Shown here: piece after piece, positions 49,801-61,737 of the stretch
Position numbering within the stretch: position 1 is the stretch's first letter
Layout of the letters: each line of letters starts with the position of its first letter
NCBI GenBank assembly: GCA_973895155.1
Contig: OZ316894.1
Location: 21,547,867 to 21,611,866 of the forward strand
Length of the DNA: 64,000 nucleotides
Direction of reading: 5' to 3'
Origin: Marsupella aquatica
Taxonomy: Eukaryota > Plantae > Marchantiophyta
The notes under the pieces: model-generated
What the model was told of the DNA's origin: nothing
Seen by the model: only the letters and a program-made list of their open reading frames with translations
Database searches by the model: none
Made by a program: the position numbers and the translations under genes

Positions 49801-50779
49801 CGATTCGGCCCTCGACTCCCCTCCCTCCTCCCTTCTCCGGGAATTCTACGTGCTCCTCAGCAAGATCTTTATTGATTTCAGAGTTAGAATGAATTCATCG
49901 TGAAGCCTGCAGAAAAATTAGAATGAATTCATTCTGAAGCCTGGCGAAAAATCGTCAAACCATTCATCCTGTGACAAAGTCGGCAACAATCAGTGAAATT
50001 CGAATCAATCAATGGTGAAACCATTCATCCTGTGACAAGGTCAAAACATATTCTCGGTGGAATTGGAATGAATCAATAAATGTGGAATCTGGATGAACAG
50101 CTACGAGACATGAGATTGGAATGAATCAATAAATGTGAAATCTGGATGAACAGCTACGACACATGAGACTGGAGTATATGACATGTGAGATTATGTCAAA
50201 TGGAGGACAAGCTGTGGGGCCTCGTCCCCCACGTCTAATATCACTCTTATTTACCATCAACAACACCCACCGTATTTGTAAACATGCCTGAATGGTGAAT
50301 ATTGTTCAGTAAAGCCACCTTTGCCTCAACAAGTATTGTCGGGAGCAGTACTCAATAATCAAGCTTCCAATAGGCCATCACCTTCACCTCTATAAGCTGA
50401 TTGAGGAGCATAATTTTGAGGGTCAAATCAACCGCAAGCTTCCCTATCTACGAGTCCACTCCGCTTGTTTCCTTCGATACATCAAATTGTGAGAGTTTGC
50501 AGCCCAATAACTTACGAGGAGACCTCTTTGGATTGGGACGAAGAGCATCAATGAGTTGTATGGACTTGACAGTTGACAAAAACGTAGTGATGCAATACAC
50601 AATAACATTGGTGAGACTTCTTTAAGGAGACTACCTACCGAGCTCTTTGAAGAGGGACAACAGTCCAGCCTGTGTATCCGAGCAGGATCTATCACCTCTT
50701 GTTTTGAGGTGCAGCATCATTTTGAGTACTTCTGAAGAGGGATGGAACTCCACATTTTCAGTAGAGGGGACTCGACGTC

Positions 50780-52240
50780 AATGATAGCCACCTCCAATAT
50801 TATATATGGAGTCTTTTATGTTTATGACTAACAACATCCATCATCTTTACGTAAACTCAATAGACACTTGAAAACTTGATCGAGAAACTACACCTTTGAT
50901 GGCCAACCATGTATGTCACTCAAGAGCGAAAAACTGGGCTTCAGTGATAGCCACCTGGAGAGTTCAGTGCCAAAGGTACCATCCTCTCTGATTATGACCA
51001 ACAATAACCATCATTTTTACATCAACTCAGTAGACACTTCAAAACCTGTGAAACTACTACCCTTTGGCCAACCATGTATTGCATTGAACAAGGAAGCCAT
51101 AGGCTTCAATGATAGCCATCTGGAGAGTTCAATACCAAAGACACCATCTATTCTAACTGTGACCATCAATACCCATCATCTTTACATCAACTCAATATAT
51201 TTTTCCCAACGTGAGAACTAGAACCCTTTGGCCAACCTTGTATGACACTGAACAAGCTAGGGAAGATCTAGGCTTCAATGATAGCCATATGGAGAGTTCA
51301 CTGTCAAAGAAGCTGTTTATTCTAACTCTGACCATCAACACCCATCATCTTTACATTAACTCAAAAAATGTTCCCAAACCTGAGAATTATAACCCTTTGG
51401 CCAACCTTGTATGACACTGAACAGGCTAGGGAAGGCACCATCAACACCCATCATCTTTAATTACATCAACTCAAAGAATTAGTCCGAACCTGAGAATTAC
51501 AACCCTTTGGCAGACCATGTATGACACTGAATAGGCTAGGGAAGACCTGGGCTTCAATGGTAGTTATCTGGAGAGTTCAGTGCCAAAGACATGATGGACT
51601 ATTCTGATTGACTGTGACCATCAACACCCATCATCTTTACATCAACTCAAAGGATTCTTTCGAACCTGAGAATTACAACCCTTTGGCCCACCTTGTATGA
51701 CATTGAACAGGCTAGGGAAGACCTGGACTTCAATGATAGCCATCTGGAGAGTTCAGTGCCAAAGATATCTTCTATTCTAACTCTGATCATCAACACCCAT
51801 CATCTTTACATCAACTCAAAAAATCTTTCCAAACTTGAGAATTTTAACCCTTTGGTGCCAACCTTGTATGACACTGAACAGGCTAGGGAAGACAGCCTAG
51901 CTTCAATAATTATAGCCATCTGGAGAGTTTAGTGCCAAATTAAGACACCGTCTATTTTAATTGTGACCATCAACACCCATCATCTTTACATCAACTCAAA
52001 ATGTTTTTTCCAAACCTGAGAATTACAACCCTTTGGCCAACCTTGTATGACACTGAACAGGCTAGGGAAGACAGCCTAGCTTCAATAATTATAGCCATCT
52101 GGAGAGTTTAGTGCCAAATTAAGACACCGTCTATTTTAATTGTGACCATCAACACCCATCATCTTTACACCAGCTCAATACTAGACAGTTCAAAACTTGA
52201 GAAGTCACAAGCTAGGCCTTGGCCAACCATGTATGCCATT
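50780..52240. repeat. Tandem satellite-like array, ~165-180-bp unit, ~8-9 copies
   Basis: GGCTTCAATGATAGCCATCTGGAGAGTTCAGTGCCAAAG...ACCATCAACACCCATCATCTTTACATCAACTCAA...AACCCTTTGGCCAACCTTGTATGACACTGAACAGGCTAGGGAAG repeats, and the last two units are near-identical. Confidence 0.92.
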
Positions 52241-53770
52241 GTTAAAAAACAAAGAGCCAGAGTGTTCCTGGTTAAACATGTGTCAATATGATCATGGCTT
52301 TGCAAATCAATGTGTGAAAATAGTGGTCATCACATACTTTGTTATCTTTTCATTGTTCCCTAAAAGCCTACCGTAGTCTTTAGTCCCAATATTATGAAGT
52401 AGAGGGTACCCTTCAATCTTTTGCCGTAATTTTGAATGAGTGGGCTTTGATCACCCACTCGTAACACTCGTAACTCACGCCTAGGCATATTTTGTCCCTG
52501 AATTGGTACCTCAAGGTCTGCCCAGCACTATAGCCCCCACCATCAACCGTTGTGACTGTGTTGCAAATCATGGATGTAGTGTGATGCTTGCAAAAGATGT
52601 CTTTGTGCAAAAGATGTTGTGAATGAAGTCATTGAATGAGAAAAATAAGTGTTGTGGAGGCAAGTTGAACTCCTAAGCCCTATGTGAAGGCCGCTTGCAA
52701 GGCCTACCCCCATGCATGCAATTAGTACATTTTATGCTATTTTGAAACAGAAAACTCTGTGTCTAGAGGTGGTTGCTAAACATTGACCAGACTGAGCAAT
52801 CATCAAAATTTTGGTCATCCCTTGAATGATGGGAGACCAGTCGGGTCATTATGTCTCATTCAAATCATGTTTATTGTGTATTTTTATTTTTATTTGCGTT
52901 TGATAAAGTGCATCTTTGTGCTATGGAATTTTGGAAATGTTTCCTCCAACACCCCCCGTGTATAGTTCACTTTAAAGCTGGAAGTCAAGGTGCTTGCGCT
53001 ATTGTTGATCTATTTTCTATAACTGCAATTCTTGGGCAAACTAAACCCTAGGGTTTAATGGCACAATCTTTCTTACTCCGAACCGAATCAGTTACCCTAA
53101 ATCAGAACTTTTCTTATAAACCTTCACCGAATTGTCATATAGCATGATCTTTTAATATTGCAAAGAGTGGGTGCACACCCTACTGACATGAGTTTTCTGG
53201 ATTTTGACTTTGGTTATGAAGACGAACAATGTCCGTAATTGTGAACAGGGCGTCAAGTAATCGGCCCTGATCATTTTCTGCAGCTGACTATGGCGACCCA
53301 ATACGACTCCGAAGACTTGGCGACTCTGCTGAAACCCTTCCATGACCGCGCCAAACTTGCGGAGGTAAAGTTTGTTATGTCTGAAACCCTCAATGATTTA
53401 AGTTGATTCTTATAGACCTCGGAGGTTGTAGAGGTGTACGTGTCTGGATTGAATCCTACCCAGCATTGCACTAATGTTTTCGAGGACGAGAGTTTTTCCA
53501 TTACCTCTTGCTGTTGCTGTTGGTTCCAGTCGTGGTTTTGTGGAGGTGATTTGCAAAATTGGACTTGGCTTAGAATTAGAAACCCTTAGTTGACAATGAA
53601 TTCTCTCCTGATTAATTGCTTTGGAAGACGGGTCTAGCAAGAAATTGGGTGAAGAGTGGCTCATGGTTTTTGAAATTCGACTTGGCTTATAATTGTAGTA
53701 ATTTACAATACTAACTGTTATTATTTTTATAAATATTTCACTAAAACACTATGCTCTGGAAATAGGGCAT

Positions 53771-56600
53771 TTAGTATTTACAAGAACAGCTTCTTTGTAC
53801 CCTAAACCTATTAAAACTGGGGTTGGTTTCCATGCAGAGTTCATATAAAGCTAATTTTGACTCGCAGCTAGGGAAGAGCAGATTTCTTCTTGGGCAAGAT
53901 TGCATTGACAACTTTATGTCGTGATGAGAACCCATCAAGTACAAGCAAAGCTTCAAATGGAGGGGAATTAAATAAGACCGTGCTTCTAAACTGTGAAATC
54001 TTTCTTCATCACACTAAAATTTTCAGAATGAGCATTCTGAGCAGCTTTGATGTGAGATATCTTGTCTTGGGAACCTGTTGACAAAGGAAATGATACATAT
54101 CATCAAATGACAAATCTTGAGAGAGCTATGGTTCTCTTTTAGCCATTGTTCTGCTGCAGCTACTGGGCTGTTTGTACATGGAGCACCTGACCCCAGCAGA
54201 GCTTCTCAGGTTTGTCCGCCTCACCTTCTTCTCCTAAGACTTTGCTCCGTTTGTTGAGAAACAGACTGATTCCTTTGTTTTTTCCACTTAGAGTTTTGGG
54301 TTTTGGGTTTAAGTATTGTTTGGTATGGATCGAATGGCCTCGGTCTGATAACTTGTCCCATGGCAGATTCTTAGAAGAAGAGGCCAACACACTTCAATTG
54401 AGGAACGCAAAGATCGCTGATCAGCTCCACTGCCTTCACGTCTGTTTGGCACATGTCCTTTCCCGCTGAATTGAGATCGAGTCTCCTGGCATGAACCTAA
54501 ACCCTCGCATGATCGTCCATCATGACAAGCAATTTAGCAGATGGTGACTCTATTGAGCGATCGTTGACAAGAGAACTACGTTCATACGTGTCCTGAATGA
54601 AAATGGCATAAATTCTTATTGTGAGTCAAACAAGGAAAGGCTGATTCTTCGACCTCACTAAAGATGAAACTCAAACCCTGAACCCTGAATTTTACTTGAA
54701 GAATGGCTGTGACTCGCTCTAGTGTGAATATGCTATTCTGCAGGTCGAAGAAGAGTTTTTCAGTTGGCAGTTGTTGGATTTAGACAAAGCAATCGAAAGA
54801 TCTTCTGTTGTCCTTTTTGGGTCCGGCCAGAGGAACCAGGTAACGACACATGCATAATTATCTCAAATTTCTATTTCGATTCCAATAAAGGTGGAGAGTG
54901 TTTCTGTTTATAAGTTGCCGTAATGTGACCTTTGGTTGGTACTAACAGGGTTTTAACGTGGATATGGACAATGAAGACAATTTTCAAGACAAGATACTTG
55001 ACTGAAGGATTTGAACCTCATTCCACTGTACCCAATGGATCTACTGACCAAGCACTAAACTCAAAACCAAAGCTTCACGAGAGTCCCGAAACACGAAATA
55101 GTTCAGGTACAGGTGGACAGGTGAGCCGCTGTCACTATTTTTCAACTTTGTTCAAATTTTGGTTACCTACATTGTCTCCATTCATACTGAAGGCCGTGTA
55201 AATCTCTGTGACTTCCATGTTTCCAGCAGAGTTACTGGATAGATGGCCAACCTTGTAGAGAACAATCCTCAGACGATTGCCATGGATGAAGTCTATACTG
55301 TTTAGCTGAAAGAAGATTACTAAGAAAGGAGTTGGTTCGAGTGTCTGTTAGTCGATGGGGAGCTAAAATGTCTGATACTTTCGGCTCGCTCAAGAATATT
55401 TAAATTCCTTCAGATATGCTCAATTTTTTCCTCATGCAGTTCGACAATGTAGTCGTGACCTGCCTTTGTGGAAACAGTTCCCATTGGCCGCAAAAGACCA
55501 TTGTAGGAGCCAAAGTAGTTTTTTGTCCAATTCCAGTAAATTTTATCCATTAATTCCGTATCTGTAAGGCTGACCTCCTTTTTTGGGATACTTTTTGAGG
55601 ATGTTTTGTACATTGAATATTGGAACCCAGTGAGGCAACTGAACTTGAAAGTGACCACAACATGGCGGAGGATTTGCAAGGTCAGCAACAAGAACAGGAA
55701 GTTATAAACCTTAAAGAACTGTCACCGCCTCACCATACCTTTGGGAGGAGGCCATCTCGATGACCAGCCAGGCTTCAGGACTAGAAACAAGAAGTGAATT
55801 GAACACAAGATCTGACGAAGGTTGTGGACTCTGAACTGTAGCTGGTCGGTTATTGAACCTCAACTGAACGATGGGAGGTGTCCATGGGAATGGTGCTTAA
55901 GGTGATATATTTGAACTGAAAGGTGCTCGGCCAGGTTTAAGCAGCTTAATTTGAGATTTGAGAATTCTAGGTTGAAGACCCTCCCATGCTCACAAACGTA
56001 GTGCCAAGCTGATTTGTAACTTCTTGTTGGCAACTGCTTCCAATTGCAATGAATGCATGTAAATAAGAGGTTAGAACTAACAAGGTAGAGCACATTCGAC
56101 ACATTGAGGGGAGTAAGGACACATTCAAGAAGGAACTCATCAACGTCAAGGCAGACTTTGGTCAACAGCCTAGCTATTACCGCACCTCCAGATTGAGATT
56201 GGAAAGTAAATTGTACAAAGATCAGGGAGACCAATATATTGTCTCAGTTGGGAGCATATGTCCTTAACTCTGGTAGGGAATGGGCACCAATTCTTTTTAA
56301 TTTCCTTTTCCAAAGCATCATACTGTAAGAGTAGTATTGATCGTTTGAGCTATGCTTGTCCTAAGGGACTGCCAGAGGCCTCATTAAGTGCCTGTTCAGC
56401 AGCTCTTTGCCGTTTCCTGTATCTTTTTCAGTCACCTGCCAAATTGGACTCCGTTCCTTGTCCTAAGCAATCCAGCAAACCCTAAGCCTCATGTCTTTGT
56501 TGCCACCAAAAATATCTCCTACTGGACTCAAATCACCCCTAGGCGACCTGCATTGCGTACAAGAACATGCCGGGGTCGGGTTCTAGGTGGGGGGAAATTG
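53771..56600 (-). pseudogene. Degraded multi-exon coding region of unknown function, downstream of and co-oriented with the MTase gene
   Basis: Protein-like minus-strand stretches broken by stops and frameshifts, e.g. KRYRKRQRAAEQALNEASGSPLGQA*LKRSILLLQYDALEKEIKKNWCPFP, VIARLLTKVCLDVDEFLLECVL, and KIYWNWTKNYFGSYNGLLRPMG. No recognisable domain. Confidence 0.35.
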
Positions 56601-56742
56601 GGTGTATTTCCTTACCAACCTCACAAGACAGTGTTTTTTGGTTTGGATTGACCATGGTCTCTAAATTGCCATAAATAACAAAATGTACCCCTCTCTGAGG
56701 AATGATGAAGATTACTGTTAAGATATCTGAATGGGCATCACA

Positions 56743-56910
56743 TTGAACCACCACTCTCCATATAAAAGGAGAAGTGTCCAAGACCCTTCACTTTTTCACA
56801 TTTCTCTTCTCTGGAGTGAGGCTTTGCTCCACAATTTCAAGAAAATGATACTAAAAATGGTGAAACCTGGTGCATGGAACCAGGTTTTGTCATGGACAGT
56901 GGCGCTTTAA
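56743..56910 (-). mobile_element. Kolobok-derived MITE, copy 3 (reverse orientation, most diverged)
   Basis: TTGAACCACC...TATAAAAGGAGAAGTGTCCAAGACC...TTTGCTCCACAATTT...GAAAAT...AATGGT...GTGGCGCTTTAA aligns to the reverse complement of 27963-28133 and has similar length. Confidence 0.65.
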
Positions 56911-57897
56911 GCTAGTACTCACATTTCACTGAAAAGGGGAATAGTCCAACCTGCCCTCTTTTTCCACATTTCCTCTGGCATGAGCATAAGCTACTGACAT
57001 TTCGCTGAAAAGGGGAATAGTCCAACCTGCCCTCTTCTTCCACGTTTCCTCTGGCACAAGCATCAAATTGACCAGAGATAATGAGTGATGCACAAAGGGC
57101 CACTCATAACAATCTTCTTGGTCCTAACTTGGAAGACTTCTAAATTCAAATCAGCAATGATGCAAAGAAAGATGGCTTTGTTCCGAAACACTGAGAAGAA
57201 TGCAACTTATGTCCCAAAAGCATCCCGTTCATATTTTCAGTTCATTGTAGTTCTTCAGATGTTAGAATACTTTTGACAATCCCTTGTTAAATGGGACTCT
57301 ATTAAATTCTTGTAGTTCTCTAGATGTATATATACATGTTCCTCAGTATCAATTATTCCTATTGTGAAGCTTGATCCTTAAAAGAATCTATGCTCTCAGA
57401 TTGAAATTCTCAGTATTTGCACATGACCTTTTAACATAGCAGGCCTTAAAACTTGGGACATCATGAAAGGGTGTTGGAGAGCAAATTATAATCATTATAT
57501 ATGCATATACGACGAATCCATAAATCGAGAGATTGAATCCATAAGTCGAGAGAGTAATCTATAATTATCAGACCAGAACAAGAAGCCTTAAGGGATGAGT
57601 CCAAAGCCTTATTTCTCTTTTCAAAATCTTCATGATATTAAAAAATGTGTACCAAAAAACCACCAAAAAATGGTATGTATTTTCCAAACTAGACTCAAGA
57701 GAATTTTACCACCAAAATCTAAGCATATCTTATATGATATTCTCACAATTGTATAAACCTTGAAATATGCACTTTATAAAAGTAATCAAAATCAAACTCA
57801 TCGATCAGAGTTTAAGTCAAACTCAAAGTTTTACAAAATATAACCCAACTTAAGCCCAAGTGGTTTCAAATGCTACGAGTCCCTCTATTTACCTAGT

Positions 57898-60800
57898 CTA
57901 ATCCAAAGGGACCGCTTCCCCTTCCTCGGTTCTGGAAGTCCCTGTCGTCAATTCTGGAACAATTGTGGCATCGTCAACCACGCTATCCTCTCCGGCCTGA
58001 GGAATGTCTTCCTCACTCTCCTCATCCGTCTCCCCCTGTCCGTCTTCCTCTTCAATGTTATCTGCAAGGTTAAGAATCCTCCCTTTCAACACACTGCTCT
58101 GTCGCTCGTCAATCTCAATGGCAACGCAATGTCTCCCCATGGCCAAGGAGGAGGTTGTCCCAGTCCCTGATCCTGAACAAATATCCAAAACCCAGTCTCC
58201 AACCTCACTAAAATGACTCACTTCCCAATCTAACAATGCACGTGGTTTCTGATAAACATTCACTGCCTTGTTATCCCCGTTGTGTTTCAGCTTCTTAGTC
58301 ACAGCTGCGCATACAACCACATTGTTCCTTGATTCATTTGTGTCAAAATTGAAGTGCTCCAATGACCGTTTACCATCCTGGCTGTGAAAGCCAATTGTAA
58401 AGCACTCAAAGTTGCTGTTCAATCTTGGTCCACCAGCATTCTTCACATTATCCTTAACCCTGAAAAGTCACAAAAAGTCAAGGAGTTATTTAAACTTAGA
58501 AACATGGTTCATGAAATCATGAATAACTAATAGTTGTTTTTTTCAAAAACAAATATTTCTTACCACACACAATTCTGGAACCCTCCATTACACTCCGCTT
58601 TCAAAACGGTCTTGATGGCCTCATATTGGTCAAGGCTGTGGTGAATGATAATACGCCACAACTTTGCAGTAGTAGCCACCTTGAACGATTGGACCATTTT
58701 TGTGATCTCCTCAGTTCCCCATCCAATAGTGTCCTCATGAAGACATCCAGGCAATGCAAACCCGTAGGGAATATCCACTAAAGCTAATGTGTAAGCCCGA
58801 CCCGGAACCACCTCATGTAATCGCTGAGCATCATGAGTAAAAATATCATAGTGCACATCACCAAACTCTGGATGCTCAAACGAATTTGGATGAAGTTCCC
58901 CCTCTTGGGTTTGCCGACTAGAAGTCTTCATGGATAGCCAATTTTGGGCTTGCACAATATGCGCATTGAATTTTTCCGGGAATGACTGGAGATCTTTGCC
59001 TTCCTCATCTCCCTTCTTTTTTCGGGAGGTGGTATCTTTCTACAAAAAAGAACTGTACAATTAGAAACAAGGATTCCAAATATTAAATGAATTCAAACAA
59101 TCATTCGAAGAAAGGTGACAGAATCTTACCCATGTCTGGAAAACAGGTACGAAATTCTTAAGCACATTGTCTGTGCAATGCTCAGGGTACTTGGTTTTAC
59201 AACCTGACCAACTCTCCTCGTGTAGACACGTGAGGAAGGCCTTCTGCACCTGCATCTGAAATTTGTGTCGAGTAAATTCGTGACCCATTTCCTGTAAAGA
59301 GAGTTCTTTAGTAAGAACTCTCTGTAACACTGGGCAAATCATATCAGGATCTTTCAAGGCCTGCATGTGTCTCCACTCTGTTAATTTCATGTCCTCATAA
59401 GGCAATTTGGCATCTCCAGACTTAGAGACTTTCTTCTTGCCCTTGTCTCCTTTTTTACCTTTGATCTCACACATCTCCCACTTGTCACAAATCTGCCTCA
59501 CAAATGACCACACAGGATCTTGTCGGAATGCCAACTGAAAAAGGTTATCATTGGCATTAAGAACCTCAGCATCCTTTTGTACACCCCAATCCTTGAGATT
59601 GATTTCAGTAGCACACTCTTTCTTGAAATCCTGGTTGGACGACAATCCATTCTCAACAAATCTCATGTGAATATAATTTACTCTCTGGATTGTCGTCATC
59701 TGTTGTCAAAATTCAGAATCAATATTGTGACTCCACGCCAGGTTTCTTGCCTCTTGCACAGTCAATCCCGCAAATATCCAAGATTGCACTCTCCGAAATG
59801 CCTTGTTGTTAGGGAACTGAAGAGCAAGGTCTGCTTTGGCACAGGCTGAATGGTTGCCCCCAATCACATAATAATGGTAATCAGCTTTCCTTGAAAAATC
59901 AAAGTCTTGCCTAGTAGCACACTCCTTCGGATCCACCAAGAGGACAAACGGAGCTGCAAGTGGACTGGCACCTACAGTCTTCATACGCAAGGTCAATTGG
60001 GTCAAGAAATATGGTTGGATGTGTCGGACCTGGTAAATGGGCAAGCCCACAGCCTTCTCTCTCACTGGAGGGTAAAGTTGACCAATGTCAACGATCACGG
60101 TCTCCTCTTGAACACCACATCTTCCTAGAATCTCCTCCTGGTACAATACCCGTGCATCCATTGACATTGATTGAGCCTTTTGCTCCAAATGCGTTGGAAT
60201 TTTCTCCAAAGTCTTCTTTTTTGACTTTGGAGCACTGGGCTCGGTAGGCTCAGGAGTCATAGCAGGTCGCTTCTTTGAAGAAATGCGAGTTCCAGTCGTA
60301 CCTTGTGCCGACCCACCAGTCAAAGTTGTTCCCTAGGATGATCTGCCAACTTGAGATCCCCCTCCAGATGCTGCTGCTTCCCGGGAGGTTGTAGGCGCTA
60401 CCATGGTCAAAATATCATCGGGTAAAATGCTAGGCCTGGATCCAGAAGGAACACCAGAAGCCCCAAATTTGGGTGGACGACTTACCCCCTTCTTTGCCGA
60501 CCTTTTCCGGAGAATCTCTCTTGATTTTCGGATTGCACTCTTTAAAGTGCTAGGGTGAAATTCGAACACAAAACCGGAAATTTTTCCCGCGACATCGTGG
60601 TAACATTCCTCACTCGAAAGAGACTTGACAGTCTCAATGATGCTATCGATGTCCTCATCGAGATAGCAGGTGGCAGCCGTTCCAGAAAACATCTCCACAT
60701 CCACGACAATCAAAGTTGACGTTTCCTTCGTTGTGATCAACATGTTCACAACTTCGTCGCCCCGTCGAAATACATCGATGCGGCCGTAATTTACCCACCC

Positions 60801-60959
60801 TAATGCCCCCAATGGAAGCCCCTCAAATACACACAGCATTAGGAAGGGCTTCTTCCATGTTTCCGTCCCTAAGGAAATTGTCCAGGATGAGTTGTGGAAG
60901 TCCGTCAAAGGATGGCGCGAAAAGATGTCATCCACCAGCTCTTCCTGCGACATTGTCAT
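57898..60959 (-). pseudogene. ParB/Srx-like domain fused to beta-class N6-adenine/N4-cytosine DNA methyltransferase; 3 exons (60959-59130, 59039-58564, 58459-57898), ~955 codons, two in-frame stops (60333-60335 TAG, 59706-59708 TGA)
   Basis: The five minus-strand ORFs join into one reading frame via two GT-AG introns and read-through of two stops. ParB-like: VDIGQLYPP...YQVRHI...PFVLLVD...YYVIGGNHSACAK...EARNLAWSHN. MTase in beta order: LALVDIPYG (motif IV), CVWVKDN...E (spanning the splice junction), NVYQKPRALL (motif X), GDWVLDICSGSGT (motif I), GRHCVAIEID (motif II). Confidence 0.88.
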
Positions 60960-61737
60960 GTTTTTGCCTGATCTTCAAACCTGAGAACATACCACAAAAT
61001 CAGTCCACTTCAACCCCAACCTGCGAGACAAAGTGCCACAGAACCAAGGAATGTGCCAACAAATGGCTACTAAAACCGTGTCCTTACGGATCTAACAACG
61101 CTCTCGGCCACCCTAGGACTCCTATCATGAATTCATGAAGGGAGTCTCCCTCTCGCTCCGACCTTCATGAATTCATGAAGGGAGTCTCCTCTCTCTTTGC
61201 TTGTACACCTCGGTGATGCAGAAGGGTATTTAAAATAGGGTTCGGAGGGGGGTGACGTGAAGAAATCACCCAGGGCCTAAATTACTACCTAAAACAGGGT
61301 CGAAATGAAGTGCGACCGCGACAACTCGCGACACGTCGCCGATGAGTGCTGAAAATGGCACGAAATTGGACAGCGAGATTGTTTTTCACTCTTTTACAAA
61401 GGAAATCCAATGACATTGAGTGAAAATGAATGGGTTGCCCCGTGTTCCTTGGTTATACATACTAATCACGGATCAGGCGCGACTTAGTAAAATTAACCCC
61501 GAATCATGATAAATCAATGTTTTTGGGCCAATTATTCATGAATATTTCGGGGTATTAACGGGAAAAAGCTTGCAAATTTCATGAATATTTGATATTTTTG
61601 AAGTTAAAAAGTCCCAACAATCCGTGAAAAACTATAAATAGGCTCGTTTATTCATGACTCTTGGTCATTATTTTGAGAAGATTTGTTAGATTTTACTGAT
61701 TTTCTGAGTTTCTTGTCAATTTGCACTAGTTTTTCCA
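60960..61737. promoter_or_regulatory. Putative bidirectional promoter between the MTase gene and the transposase gene, with palindromic TCATGAATTCATGA sites
   Basis: 778-bp divergent intergenic region with CTATAAATAG TATA-like box (~61632-61641) upstream of the transposase. Palindromes at 61117-61146 and 61162-61181. Confidence 0.45.

Noticed and set aside
59706-60335. U-to-C RNA editing or programmed read-through rescuing the stops
   Set aside because: Plant U-to-C editing is known from organellar transcripts only. Mutational decay is the simpler explanation for a nuclear TE gene.
57898-60959. Bacterial contamination or prophage as source of the MTase
   Set aside because: The gene has two GT-AG introns, one splitting the conserved WxK motif, and is contiguous with plant genes and plant MITEs.
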